Source: Bacteriovoracaceae bacterium (GTDB taxonomy: Bacteria > Bdellovibrionota > Bacteriovoracia > Bacteriovoracales > Bacteriovoracaceae). Taken from it: 50,001 bases of DNA. The stretch lies in assembly GCA_018649885.1 (NCBI GenBank), contig JABIHA010000079.1:1-50001 (forward strand), in the 5' to 3' direction. A program made the position numbers and the translations under genes. Shown piece after piece: positions 9,197 to 19,445 of the stretch (position 1 is its first letter; the number at the start of each line of letters is the position of its first letter). The notes below the pieces were generated by a model. The model saw only the letters and a list, made by a program, of their open reading frames with translations, was not told the DNA's origin and ran no database searches.

Positions 9197-10264
9197 ATGT
9201 TTAATAAATTAGAGGGAGCTGTTAGAAGGTTTGAAGTCTTAACTGAAAGGCTTGCAGATCCTACTCTTTACGACAGGCCCGCAGAATTCAAGAAAATCAA
9301 TGAAGAAAGGTCTCATCTTGAGCCGATTGTTTTGGCTTTTCAAGAGTACCAAAAAACAAAAAATGACATTGATGAAGCAAAAGAGATTTTAAAAGAAGAA
9401 TCTGACGCTGAACTGCGAGAGATGGCCAAAGCAGAGCTGAGAGATAAAGAAAAAGAAATCGATGGTATGGAAGACCACTTAAAACTTCTTCTTATCCCAA
9501 AAGATCCACTTGATGGAAAAGATGTAATCGTTGAAATTAGGGCCGGTGCAGGTGGAGACGAAGCCTCTATTTTTGTGGGTGATGTTAATAGAATGTACCA
9601 AAACTACTTCAAAACCTTGGGCTTTAGAACAGAATTAATTTCTATAAGTGAAGGTGATGAGGGGATCAAAGAGATTATTTATAGTGTCGCTGGTGAAAAT
9701 GTATATTCCAAATTAAAGTTTGAGTCTGGGGTCCATAGAGTTCAAAGGGTTCCAAAAACAGAGTCACAGGGACGAGTGCATACATCTACCATTACTGTGG
9801 CCGTGTTAGCTGAACCCGATGAAGTTGAGTTTGAATTAGATATGAATGATGTGAGAATTGATGTTTATCGGGCCGGTGGTCACGGTGGTCAATCAGTTAA
9901 CACAACTGACTCAGCTGTAAGGGTTACATATCTGCCAACGGGACAGCAAGTTGCTATTCAAGATGAAAAATCTCAAATTAAAAATAAGGCCAAGGCCTTG
10001 AAAATTTTAAGATCGAGAATTTATGACCGCCTTGTTGAAGAGGCCCATCAAGAAGAGGCAGCAGAGAGGAGATCTCAAGTAGGTAGGGGGGATCGTTCAG
10101 AGAGAATCCGTACTTATAATTTTCCTCAAGGAAGACTCACAGATCACAGAATAGGGCTTACTCTTTATAGCCTAGACAAAATTATTGAGGGAGATCTGCA
10201 ACCAGTTGTTGATGCTCTGATTGCTCATAATCAAGCAGAGCTTCTCAAGGGCGAGCAAGATTAG
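9197..10264 (+). CDS. prfA: Peptide chain release factor 1
   Basis: EIRAGAGGDEA, PKT (PxT) motif, GGQ and RTYNFPQGRLTDHRI. Confidence 0.98.
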   Translation: MFNKLEGAVRRFEVLTERLADPTLYDRPAEFKKINEERSHLEPIVLAFQEYQKTKNDIDEAKEILKEESDAELREMAKAELRDKEKEIDGMEDHLKLLLIPKDPLDGKDVIVEIRAGAGGDEASIFVGDVNRMYQNYFKTLGFRTELISISEGDEGIKEIIYSVAGENVYSKLKFESGVHRVQRVPKTESQGRVHTSTITVAVLAEPDEVEFELDMNDVRIDVYRAGGHGGQSVNTTDSAVRVTYLPTGQQVAIQDEKSQIKNKAKALKILRSRIYDRLVEEAHQEEAAERRSQVGRGDRSERIRTYNFPQGRLTDHRIGLTLYSLDKIIEGDLQPVVDALIAHNQAELLKGEQD

Positions 10265-10270
10265 ATTAAA

Positions 10271-11155
10271 GTGAATTCAATCCAAAATCTATGTGATCAA
10301 TTTTTTGAAAGACACAAAAGTTTTCTAGTAGAAAACTATCCTGGCATTCGAAAAGAAGTTTTAATCCGAGAACTCGAAGGCCTTTGTGATTTTCGTTATT
10401 CTCGGGAAGATTTTAAAAAAACTCCTGTATACTCAATACCTGAAAATCAAATGGATCAGTTTTTTTCTAAGTTACTTACTGGCATGCCACTGGAATATAT
10501 TACTGGGTACTCTCATTTTTATGGTTTAGAGTTTGAAGTTAATGATCATGTTCTAATTCCTAGAAGTGAAACTGAATTTCTGGTAGAAAAGTCCCTCGAA
10601 ATTTGTCATAAAATGAAAAAAGACCAGCTTGATATTTTTGAAGTTGGAACTGGTAGTGGTGCCATCGCCATTTCGTTAGCTGCAAATTTAAATGAAAAAA
10701 ACTCCATCACTGCAGGTGATATCTCCACTGAAGCCTTGGGTGTGGCAAAGAGCAATTATTCAAAATTACTCTACCAAATTCCAGAGCATTCTCAGATCAA
10801 ATTTATTGAAAGTGATAGGCTCACAAAGTTTGAAGGCCAGTGTGATTTTCTAGTTTCAAATCCTCCCTATATCAAAAGCTCACAAAGAAGTGGGGTTCAC
10901 AAAGCAGTGGACTCTTATGAGCCGCACCTAGCTCTTTACTTAGATGATGAGCAGTATCGCCAGTGGTATATTCATTTTTTTGAGCAGATTTTCAAGGTGT
11001 TAAAGAGTACTGGACAATTTTTAATTGAAGGCCACGAAAATAATTTAGAACAGCTAGCAAATTGGTCAAAAGATGCTGGGCTAGGTAATATTAGTATTGA
11101 AAAAGATCTTTGTGGAAAAGATCGATTTTTAAAAGGATCACACCCCAATGGATAG
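10271..11155 (+). CDS. prmC: Release factor glutamine methyltransferase
   Basis: PLEYI.G, VLIPR.ETE, EVGTGSGAI and SNPPYI motifs; directly after prfA. Confidence 0.93.
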   Translation: MNSIQNLCDQFFERHKSFLVENYPGIRKEVLIRELEGLCDFRYSREDFKKTPVYSIPENQMDQFFSKLLTGMPLEYITGYSHFYGLEFEVNDHVLIPRSETEFLVEKSLEICHKMKKDQLDIFEVGTGSGAIAISLAANLNEKNSITAGDISTEALGVAKSNYSKLLYQIPEHSQIKFIESDRLTKFEGQCDFLVSNPPYIKSSQRSGVHKAVDSYEPHLALYLDDEQYRQWYIHFFEQIFKVLKSTGQFLIEGHENNLEQLANWSKDAGLGNISIEKDLCGKDRFLKGSHPNG

Positions 11156-12407
11156 ACTGGTAATTAATGGCCCCGCGAAACTATCAGGTAGTGTTTGTGT
11201 TTCTCCTGCAAAAAATGCATGCCTTCCAATTATGACGGCCTGCCTTTTGAATCCCAATCCTATCACTTTAAAAGATATGCCTACTCTCAAAGATGTTGAA
11301 ACACTACGCAACTTACTCGAGAGTTTAGGAGTCAAATCAGAGGTAGACCAAAAAGATATTCGCTTTGATGCTGGGACTATTGAATCAACTGATGCAGAGT
11401 ACGAGCTAGTTAGAAAAATGAGGGCCTCAATTTTGGTATTAGGGCCACTGCTCGCCAGAGAAAGGTGCGCCAAGGTTTCCCTGCCCGGAGGTTGCGCTAT
11501 CGGCACAAGACCAATCGATATACATCTTGAAGGTCTAAAGAAGATGGGTGCAGTTATTGACATTAATAGTGGGTATGTTTTTGCTAAGACAGGCACAGAA
11601 GGTCTTGTTGGTGCACAAATTGTTCTTCCCTTTCCCTCTGTTGGTGCCACTGAAAACCTTATGATGGCAGCGGTGCTAGCTAAAGGTGAGACCACTATTA
11701 CCAATGCTGCTAGAGAACCCGAGATAGAAGACCTCGGTAATTTCTTAAATGCCATGGGCGCTATTGTCGAGGGGGCTGGCGAATCAATCATAAAGATACA
11801 AGGTGTCCACATTGATAAGCTTAAGTCTGTGTCCTATAGGGCCATAGGCGATAGAATTGAAGCGGCCACATATTTAATTGCTGGAATCATAACAAATTCA
11901 GAAATTGAAGTTAAAGGCTTTAGAACTAAAGATATAGCATCTGTCTGTGATGAACTGCAGTCAATGGGTGCAGTCTTTGAAGTGGCCGAGGATCAAATCG
12001 TTGTCAAAAAGCACGACGAAATAAAAGGCTGTAATGTTGATACAGCACCATTCCCAGGATTTCCCACTGATGTCCAGGCCCAGATGATGGTTCTTGCTAC
12101 CAAAGCAATCACCTCCTCTGTCATACGAGAGAAAATTTTCGAAAATAGATTTATGCATGTGCCAGAATTAAAAAGAATGGGTGCCAATATTATTAAAAAG
12201 GGAAACCTTGCTATGATTGAAGGAAGTGCCTCTCTTTCAGCAGCACCTGTAATGTGCACCGACTTAAGGGCCAGTGCTGCACTTGTACTAGCTGCTCTTG
12301 CAGCAGAGGGTGAAACGGTAATAAGTAGAGTCTATCACTTGGACCGTGGCTACGAAAATCTTGCTGATAAATTAAGTGGTCTAGGTGTCGATATAAAAAG
12401 GATTTAG
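11148..12407 (+). CDS. murA: UDP-N-acetylglucosamine 1-carboxyvinyltransferase
   Basis: AKNA, MRASILVLGPL, LPGGCAIGTRP, SVGATEN, PGFPTD and TDLRA motifs. Confidence 0.98.
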   Translation: MDRLVINGPAKLSGSVCVSPAKNACLPIMTACLLNPNPITLKDMPTLKDVETLRNLLESLGVKSEVDQKDIRFDAGTIESTDAEYELVRKMRASILVLGPLLARERCAKVSLPGGCAIGTRPIDIHLEGLKKMGAVIDINSGYVFAKTGTEGLVGAQIVLPFPSVGATENLMMAAVLAKGETTITNAAREPEIEDLGNFLNAMGAIVEGAGESIIKIQGVHIDKLKSVSYRAIGDRIEAATYLIAGIITNSEIEVKGFRTKDIASVCDELQSMGAVFEVAEDQIVVKKHDEIKGCNVDTAPFPGFPTDVQAQMMVLATKAITSSVIREKIFENRFMHVPELKRMGANIIKKGNLAMIEGSASLSAAPVMCTDLRASAALVLAALAAEGETVISRVYHLDRGYENLADKLSGLGVDIKRI

Positions 12408-12409
12408 AG

Positions 12410-12748
12410 ATGAGTATTTTTCAAAAAATTATTGATCGTGAAATTCCAGCTACAATTGTTTTTGAAAATGAAAATATTTTGGCCTTTGAGGACATCAATG
12501 CTCAAGCGGCCATTCACATTATTTTTATCCATAAAAAACAAACAAAAAATATAAATGAGCTCAGCTCTGAGCACCCCGAACAATTATCCCAGGTTTTTAG
12601 CGCCATAAGTGAATACACAAGAAGTGAAGGCCTTGAAAAAAAAGGATTTAGAGTTGTGACAAATCTCGGGGAAAATGCGGGACAAACAGTTTTTCACACT
12701 CATTTTCATCTTCTCTCAGGCGAGAGACTAGGCCGCTTTGGTTCTTAA
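12410..12748 (+). CDS. HIT (histidine triad) family nucleotide-binding protein
   Basis: IFQKII.REIPA, AF.DI and AGQTVFHTHFH motifs. Confidence 0.93.
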   Translation: MSIFQKIIDREIPATIVFENENILAFEDINAQAAIHIIFIHKKQTKNINELSSEHPEQLSQVFSAISEYTRSEGLEKKGFRVVTNLGENAGQTVFHTHFHLLSGERLGRFGS

Positions 12749-12872
12749 TACCAATTGGTATAAGAGTGCCAATAAAATAAGTCGTGCAAAATTCAATAAA
12801 TTTCATTTCTCCAAATAGAGGAAACTTCTAAATACCTTAAATAAAAGAAGTTTTTCGCACTCAAAAAAGTAC

Positions 12873-12900
12873 TCAATAAAACTGCTCAGGTATCCGAAAC
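12873..12900 (+). promoter_or_regulatory. Possible sigma28 (FliA) promoter
   Basis: TCAA-N16-TCCGAAAC upstream of the 1217-aa ORF. Confidence 0.4.
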
Positions 12901-12934
12901 GAAGTAGTAAGATCTAAATAATATAGATCATTTA

Positions 12935-15900
12935 TTGGTAGGTTTGAACGCAATGTTTGGAAATTTTTTAACAAAATTCTTAGCAGTGTTACTTTTGTTT
13001 CATGCAATTGATTCAAATGCTGGTAGTCGTATTGCCTCTGAGAGGTTGGTCAAGGAAATTGAGCTCTATCAAGCATTACAACAAAGTTTAGAGTCACCAA
13101 ATGACTCTGAATATCAAAGTTTTAGAGACATACTCTCAGGTAGAAAGGCTTACAAGGCGCTTGAAAAAATGTCCGTGTGTACAACTGACATTTTTCAACT
13201 TGATCCTGCCATTGCTGCAACATCAGTATTTAGCTCGCTATATTGTGAAGAGCTGATAAAAGATGGAATCCAAAATGTAGATCCAGAAGTACTAGCAAGA
13301 TCTCTGAGAGTTGATGATTTAGAAGCTCTTAATATAATGATTCATAGCCTCTGCCAAAATAAAAGTGAAGTTGATCCAGATCAATTTCGAGAAATGTTTG
13401 GAGAGGAAATCGATGGATACGACTGTGATAATTCTTACGAATTAGAGGAAAAAAGATACAAAGAAATTACAGAACATACTGATTATTTTTCGCAGGCAGA
13501 TGCACTTATAAGTGGAAGAGATCTCAAAATGAGAAAGAGGAAGTATTGTGAGTGCGCCAATCGGAGTTCTGTTATTAGTTATAATTGGCCTCACCAGAAA
13601 GAAAAGGCTTCAAAGGAGTATGTAAAAAAGGCTCATCAGAGAATGGTTAGAGAGAAAACAAAAATTTGGAATAAGAAATTTGAAAAGATACAAGATGAAA
13701 TACTGCAAGTAAAAGTACTTAAGGATTTATATCCAGACAGAAATTTTGATGAATTCAATTGTATAAAAGATCAAGCAGATATTTCAGCACATTTGAAAAA
13801 CAATGGTGCCTGTGGGCAATATTTTGCGAGTCACAAGAAAGAATTGGGCTATAAAGATGTAGAAGCTTTACTAGATGATGGCATGAGAAGTTTTCTAGGA
13901 CGTGGATCACGAGGAAAAGTGAATTTAGAAGATGCTATTGCTGAAAGAATAAAAAAGAGGTGGGAAAAATATTATCTCTATATGATAAATACTTCTGCTA
14001 TCTTTGATTTGGATACATCCCACTTGAGTGATGAAGATGGTGGATTATGTATGAGCCCAAATGCTTATATGAGATCAAAGGTTAATGCTCCTTTTGCAGG
14101 TTTTTTGACCAATGAAGGTAAGTTGATGGAAGTGCTTCCAGGTTTGGTAAATGATTTTGACCAAATAAAGGCACTATCCGATAGTTTTGATCGAGCTGGT
14201 CACAAGACTCCTTTTCTTGAAGTGGCTAGGCTATTTTATGATGGTCAAGGGTCTGACCCCATATCCCAAATTGAATTTCTACTAAAAGATAGCCCGCGAA
14301 TGGAGTTTATCTTAAATGATGCTGAAAGCTTTCATCGATACATTACTGCTCTTAGTCCTTTTATGGTTGATGAAATGCTCCATGGTCGTTCTCAGAAAAG
14401 AATAGGGGACACATATCAAAGTGCATCCCAAACTTCTCTTTCGGTGATTTTTGGAAATAATCCAGAAGGCTATAGAGACAATCCATACGAGGCCATTACT
14501 GATTATGCTGATATGGTGATGCCTGCTTATAGAGATTCAGTTTTTGGAGAAAGTGTTAACTCCAAATATATTAAGGATCTTGAAAGTCGCTGTGAAAGTT
14601 TATTTACTGAGCAGCTATCAGATGTCTTTTGCCCAAAAGACCTGGATCAGCCAAAAAGTGAATTAGAAGTTCAAAAAGCTATTTCAAGTGCATTATCACA
14701 AAGTAAGGATAACTTTGGTAGCGATGGAGAAAAGTCCTTTGATAACTTTAGAGAGCTTTCCAACTATTACTGCTATCCTGGAAATAATGGTCCATATAAT
14801 ATCGCTCTTCCATCATCTGAATATGACGAAAACGATGATCTTCTGAGTTACACAAACTCACAAGATCAACTGAGGGAAGATACTAAAAATATGGATGTTG
14901 AAGATACCGCACATTTGGTTGACGATTTTAATGCTTGCTCATTTTATAGAACTTCCGACGAGGGGCATGGTCCTGACGTAATGTTTCAGTCTCTTGAAGT
15001 TGACTCTGGCAGAGTCAATTGCTGCAGAAGAGATGTCACTTCAAGTGATGAGTTACACGATAGATGTAATACAAGAGACGAAGCTCTTGTTGCAAGAGCA
15101 GTATCGGAAAATAAGAAGTATAAAACTGAAGAATATCGTAAAAATGATATAGGGTACAAAGGTGGCCAAGATTATCCAAATTATTATCTTGATATGGAAG
15201 GTTTGTTTTGTGAGAGAATTATATTTTCGCCGTTTATGGGGATTAATGTATTCGAGCATGAAGTAAATGCTGGTGATGCTGAACAACTTTCTCGATCTCA
15301 AAGGGCATATAGGCTTATTGTTAATGCTGCTGCTCCCGCAGGTGAGCAAGTAGGAGATCTCGCAAAAGCAGTTGAGGCTCAGCATGAAGCTGAGAGCGGA
15401 GATGACTCCTGGTCATACAGTGACTTGCTTGAAGGTGATGAAGATTTAATGAATCAAATGAATGACTATGTGGTAGCGGCCTTAGAGGGCGGCGGTTCTG
15501 ATTCTATTTGGGAATTTGGAGAAGAAGAAAGTGACGATATAGTTGCCGACAATATAAATGCTGATAGCCTGGATGATACATATATCCCACCAGCTGATGA
15601 CTTAGTTTCAGATTATGTAAGTGACGATTCTGGAAGTTCAGGAAGTTCTGGAAGTGATTATCCTGGATCTCATGTGGCTCCAGCACCGGCTGCTGATATT
15701 GGTAGTTACGCTGACCCAGTATCTGGAATTGATTCTGGTTCAACAGGGTCTGGATCAGTACAGGAAGCTATAAGAGATGAAGGTGCTGCCGAGGCAATTG
15801 CGGCGCTAGAGCAAGAAGTTGCAGGTTTAAAGGATCAGCTAGAGAGTCAAGGTCAAGCTGTGAGCGCAGATGATAGAGATGGAGATGGAGATGTTGCTGA

Positions 15901-16588
15901 AGCCAGTGGTGAAGGTGACTCTGATGTTGATGCTGTTGCACCGGCTACAGAAATTGGTGACGTTGCAGTTGCTGATACGGGAAGTGGTGGCTCTACTGAA
16001 CTGGGTGATGATGAAGGCGCTTTTGGAGCAGCTGATGCTTTTGGAGCTGCAGGCGTTTCTGATGCGGCAATAGCTCCAGCAAGTGCAAGAGATAATTATG
16101 TAGATGCTCCAGATTATGGTTTTGATAGTGGGGAAAGTGGTAGCTCTAATGGGCAACAAGGCTGGTATGTAGATCCAACTGAAGATGGACATTGGACTGA
16201 AAGTTATGTGCGACTTGGCGATGAAGTAAAAGTTGATGAGTTAAGCCACGAGATAACTTTTAGTGACGAAAGTTTAGAGATTATGCTGACTAATGGTAGT
16301 GAAGATCCTGATGCACTAATCGAGGTTGGAGAGGCCTTAAGAGAAAAAGGTGGGCTATCACCAGATACTTATTATTTTTCTAAAAATAATATCCGTTACA
16401 AACTTACAGTTTTGGCCGGTAGTGCTACAAAGCTTGAGATTGTTGGAGAAGCCGAGATGATTGCGTCTGGCAAAAAAGAAGAAAGTGTTAGGGCTCCAGC
16501 AAGTGTTCCAGCAGCTGAGGTGGATGTTGATGAAGAGGGAGCTAAGTGGGAAGAAGCTCTCAAAGAGCTAGAGACAGGTAGAGACTAG
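12935..16588 (+). CDS. Large secreted Cys-rich hypothetical protein with an acidic low-complexity C-terminal region
   Basis: Long ORF; signal peptide from probable ATG 12953; many Cys; D/G/S/A-rich tail with a short coiled coil; C-terminal RAPAS. Confidence 0.85.
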   Translation: MVGLNAMFGNFLTKFLAVLLLFHAIDSNAGSRIASERLVKEIELYQALQQSLESPNDSEYQSFRDILSGRKAYKALEKMSVCTTDIFQLDPAIAATSVFSSLYCEELIKDGIQNVDPEVLARSLRVDDLEALNIMIHSLCQNKSEVDPDQFREMFGEEIDGYDCDNSYELEEKRYKEITEHTDYFSQADALISGRDLKMRKRKYCECANRSSVISYNWPHQKEKASKEYVKKAHQRMVREKTKIWNKKFEKIQDEILQVKVLKDLYPDRNFDEFNCIKDQADISAHLKNNGACGQYFASHKKELGYKDVEALLDDGMRSFLGRGSRGKVNLEDAIAERIKKRWEKYYLYMINTSAIFDLDTSHLSDEDGGLCMSPNAYMRSKVNAPFAGFLTNEGKLMEVLPGLVNDFDQIKALSDSFDRAGHKTPFLEVARLFYDGQGSDPISQIEFLLKDSPRMEFILNDAESFHRYITALSPFMVDEMLHGRSQKRIGDTYQSASQTSLSVIFGNNPEGYRDNPYEAITDYADMVMPAYRDSVFGESVNSKYIKDLESRCESLFTEQLSDVFCPKDLDQPKSELEVQKAISSALSQSKDNFGSDGEKSFDNFRELSNYYCYPGNNGPYNIALPSSEYDENDDLLSYTNSQDQLREDTKNMDVEDTAHLVDDFNACSFYRTSDEGHGPDVMFQSLEVDSGRVNCCRRDVTSSDELHDRCNTRDEALVARAVSENKKYKTEEYRKNDIGYKGGQDYPNYYLDMEGLFCERIIFSPFMGINVFEHEVNAGDAEQLSRSQRAYRLIVNAAAPAGEQVGDLAKAVEAQHEAESGDDSWSYSDLLEGDEDLMNQMNDYVVAALEGGGSDSIWEFGEEESDDIVADNINADSLDDTYIPPADDLVSDYVSDDSGSSGSSGSDYPGSHVAPAPAADIGSYADPVSGIDSGSTGSGSVQEAIRDEGAAEAIAALEQEVAGLKDQLESQGQAVSADDRDGDGDVAEASGEGDSDVDAVAPATEIGDVAVADTGSGGSTELGDDEGAFGAADAFGAAGVSDAAIAPASARDNYVDAPDYGFDSGESGSSNGQQGWYVDPTEDGHWTESYVRLGDEVKVDELSHEITFSDESLEIMLTNGSEDPDALIEVGEALREKGGLSPDTYYFSKNNIRYKLTVLAGSATKLEIVGEAEMIASGKKEESVRAPASVPAAEVDVDEEGAKWEEALKELETGRD

Positions 16589-17350
16589 TTATTGCAGTCC
16601 CTGAAAAATTGCCCTTAGAAGTGAAAGTTGTAGTGGGCTCATTTCAAGCACATTTCCCATAATAAGAATTGGACTTTTTTCAATACAGCTTGCTAATACA
16701 ATTTCGTATTTTTCTGGATGATATTCTAGGATTTCAATTGAGGCACCAAAAGAATTTTTATAATGCTCCATCAAAGTGGTTTCCGCTTCGCTGCAAGTTT
16801 TAATATCTGCACGTCTGCCATCTGTCGTTTCTTTAAGTAAAGCGAATACAAGTTTATCTTTTTGGCCTTCTTCTTCACTTCTTAATACGTCGTGAAAAAT
16901 GATAGTGATATTTTTAAGTCCCATATTTGATTTCAAAAAGAACCACAGCTCTTCAAAAAAGCTGGTGCGATCTGATGACCAAAGTGTTTTTAGATGTTGT
17001 GTCAGAGTAAAAATCTGTTCAATGGAAATGAGATTATTTCTCATAGTCCACGAGTTTAGTGTGGAGTTAACTATGGATTCAAGCTCTTCAGGCATCATAT
17101 TTTTAAGTGCGCTTGGATCAGCTGGTAGTTTGCTATCTACAATGGGGAACAAGTTGCGTGTGTCCTCCAGTTTTTGCACTGCTTCATTTCTGCAATCTTT
17201 TTCAATGTAGAGCACATCAAGACTCTGGTCTTCAAGATCCATTATATCGATAATCTTCTCACGTGGGCCCTGGTCTTCACCGCCAAGTAGGCTACAATTC
17301 CAAATGCTTACCCGGGAGTCTGATTTTAAATGACCTATTTGAATGTCCAC
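16589..17350 (-). CDS. Hypothetical cytoplasmic protein
   Basis: 253-aa ORF with GAGGA RBS upstream; its stop abuts the stop of the convergent gene. Confidence 0.8.
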   Translation of the reverse strand: MDIQIGHLKSDSRVSIWNCSLLGGEDQGPREKIIDIMDLEDQSLDVLYIEKDCRNEAVQKLEDTRNLFPIVDSKLPADPSALKNMMPEELESIVNSTLNSWTMRNNLISIEQIFTLTQHLKTLWSSDRTSFFEELWFFLKSNMGLKNITIIFHDVLRSEEEGQKDKLVFALLKETTDGRRADIKTCSEAETTLMEHYKNSFGASIEILEYHPEKYEIVLASCIEKSPILIMGNVLEMSPLQLSLLRAIFQGLQ

Positions 17351-17466
17351 CGTCTACTTCCTCTTGAAAAAAATCTATTTTTAAAAACTACATGTAGGGG
17401 ACCTTCATAGTCAATAATTGAAGATGGAGCTTTGTGTTAACTAGGGTTGTCCCTTATAATTGAGAA

Positions 17467-18117
17467 GTGAATTATCTACTTACCATTTTCTTCTTTCTTA
17501 TGTGCAGCTCAGCAAATGCGCAAGATGAGAGATATATAAAAAAACTGCTACTGGGAAAGCTGGGAGCAAAAAAAGGCAAAGCTCAGAGGCCTTCTCCCCC
17601 TAAGTGGGCAGCTTACTCATCTATCTATCGATTTGATCTCAATGGAGATGGACACAAAGAAATGTTTTTTCACTCCAAAAGTGATTCTGTGGATTACTTT
17701 CATTTCTATGACCATAATGAAAGGCCCCTTTTAAAAGTAAAGCTTGAACCCATGGGCGCCAAGTCAGCTCCTTATAAAATGAGAATTGTTGATCTAGATA
17801 AAACGAAAAGACTTTTTATGATTTATTTCTATGAAGGTTTTACAAAGTTTTATGGACTCGATGCTACCGTACGTCTTTACCTCGTGACCATGGACCATGC
17901 TGATTTAAACTCTCTAAGTGTTAAAAAAGGACCTGTGCTTTGGATGGAGCGTGAAAGACGTGGCAATCGTTATGTTAAAAGAGAAAATTTCACAGAGATC
18001 TTTGACTATAATAAAGATGGAATTAAGGACTTGAGAGTATTTCATGGTAAGCTCTCAAGAGTTTATTTTTATCAAGGGGCGGGTAAGTGGAGAGCTCTTG
18101 GAGACAAGATCTTTTAA
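17467..18117 (+). CDS. Secreted hypothetical protein with two DxN/DxDG calcium-binding-like loops
   Basis: Signal peptide (SSANA-Q); DLNGDG.KE and DYNKDGIKD loops. Confidence 0.8.
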   Translation: MNYLLTIFFFLMCSSANAQDERYIKKLLLGKLGAKKGKAQRPSPPKWAAYSSIYRFDLNGDGHKEMFFHSKSDSVDYFHFYDHNERPLLKVKLEPMGAKSAPYKMRIVDLDKTKRLFMIYFYEGFTKFYGLDATVRLYLVTMDHADLNSLSVKKGPVLWMERERRGNRYVKRENFTEIFDYNKDGIKDLRVFHGKLSRVYFYQGAGKWRALGDKIF

Positions 18118-18530
18118 GAAGCCTTTGAAATGCCACCACCGGTGGTATCATCATCTTTGTGATGGTCTTTTTTCTTCAATACGACTATATTTTCTTTGCT
18201 CCAGTCATCCCATTCAGAAAATTGATTTGCGACCCACTTGCTTTGAAAGTAGGTAGCGAGTCCGCTTGGGATGGAGACTAAAAGTAAAAGTGATAAAAGA
18301 AGTGTCATTGAAAATGTTTCGATACTTTTTTCTTGTGGAGCATCTACTGATGTAGGTTTTTCACCTCTATTTTGCATAGGGTTTTTAAAATTAAACTTCT
18401 TATGCATAGCTGGGTTTTTAACATCTTTTTGTAATGGTATTAATTCAACAAATGGCAGTACTGCAGGCTTCCTCCCAAAAGCGGGGAGTAAGGATGATAG
18501 AAATAAGAGTGTCAAAATAGTGGTTTTCAT
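18114..18530 (-). CDS. Hypothetical protein with signal peptide and a C-terminal TM helix
   Basis: Probable start MKTTIL at 18530 after AAGGAAGG; the ORF track starts at 18551. Confidence 0.7.
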   Translation of the reverse strand: MKTTILTLLFLSSLLPAFGRKPAVLPFVELIPLQKDVKNPAMHKKFNFKNPMQNRGEKPTSVDAPQEKSIETFSMTLLLSLLLLVSIPSGLATYFQSKWVANQFSEWDDWSKENIVVLKKKDHHKDDDTTGGGISKAS

Positions 18531-18649
18531 ATGCCTTCCTTGTGCTTGCACTTTGCCTTCAACCTCTATTCGATATCAACGGGTTAAAAGCTTAGCTAAA
18601 TACCTATTATTTGAGAAAAGGGGCAAAATGTACTTATGCCTAAACAGAT

Positions 18650-18676
18650 TCAAGTTTTTTCTATCGTTGCCGAAGA
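18650..18676 (+). promoter_or_regulatory. Sigma28 (FliA)-like promoter
   Basis: TCAA-N15-GCCGAAGA, 31 nt upstream of the ATG at 18708. Confidence 0.65.
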
Positions 18677-18707
18677 ATACTCGAGGACTTTGGTTTAGGA
18701 ACCCTCA

Positions 18708-19445
18708 ATGACTGGGTCAATAATTATGTTGAAACGATTATTACATTTAAGTTCGATTTTGGTACTAGCAGTTGCAACGACTAGTTGTGACCTACTTAGG
18801 CAAGTTGAAAACAAAGCAAGAACTGTCAATAACTATGAGAGAACGGCTTTGAATCTAGCGAAGGAAAATAGGCTTTTAAAAGTCAAAGTTTCAGAGCTTG
18901 AGTTTCGCCTAAAAGAAATAGAATCAAAGAGAAATTATTTAAAGCTGAAGCTTGAGCAAAAGAAAAATGTAAAGAGAACGCTTGCTAGTGTTTCCACTAG
19001 TCCTATTATTAATGTTAAGAATGATTTAGTTAGAGACCATATATACAAATGGAATCCAGCTCAAATGCTTGCCATATCAGAAACTGAGTTTTCAAAGAAA
19101 AATTTTGAAAAATCGGCTCAGTTCTACACCGCATTCTTAAAGAAATATCCCAAGTCAAAAGGGGTTAATGATCAGGTTCTACTTCAAGCCGGCATTGCCG
19201 CCTTTGAGTCAGGCAATCATTACGACTGGAGTATTTATCATCTATCGAAGCTTATTGGTAGCAATCCAACTTCTCCTTATTTTAGAGGAGCAAAACTGTA
19301 CCGGGCACTAGCGCACCTTAAGTTGAATCACCGCGATGAGTTTTTTAAAACAGTAGAAGAGTTTAGATTAAAATATAGAAATACTCCAGAATGGAGAATC
19401 TTAAGTGGTCATTATGAGGAATTTGCTAAGCGCTATAAGAAATAG
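18708..19445 (+). CDS. Lipoprotein with coiled coil and TPR-like domain (CpoB/YbgF-like architecture)
   Basis: Lipobox TTSC, heptad coiled coil, and F..KYP.S TPR-type helices. Confidence 0.8.
   Translation: MTGSIIMLKRLLHLSSILVLAVATTSCDLLRQVENKARTVNNYERTALNLAKENRLLKVKVSELEFRLKEIESKRNYLKLKLEQKKNVKRTLASVSTSPIINVKNDLVRDHIYKWNPAQMLAISETEFSKKNFEKSAQFYTAFLKKYPKSKGVNDQVLLQAGIAAFESGNHYDWSIYHLSKLIGSNPTSPYFRGAKLYRALAHLKLNHRDEFFKTVEEFRLKYRNTPEWRILSGHYEEFAKRYKK

Noticed and set aside
11138..12259. Antisense ORFs over murA (224, 88 and 65 aa)
   Set aside because: Shadow frames of a highly conserved gene; no RBS or family motifs.
18271..18711. 146-aa plus-strand ORF
   Set aside because: Antisense to the better-supported signal-peptide ORF 18114-18530, and it spans promoter DNA.
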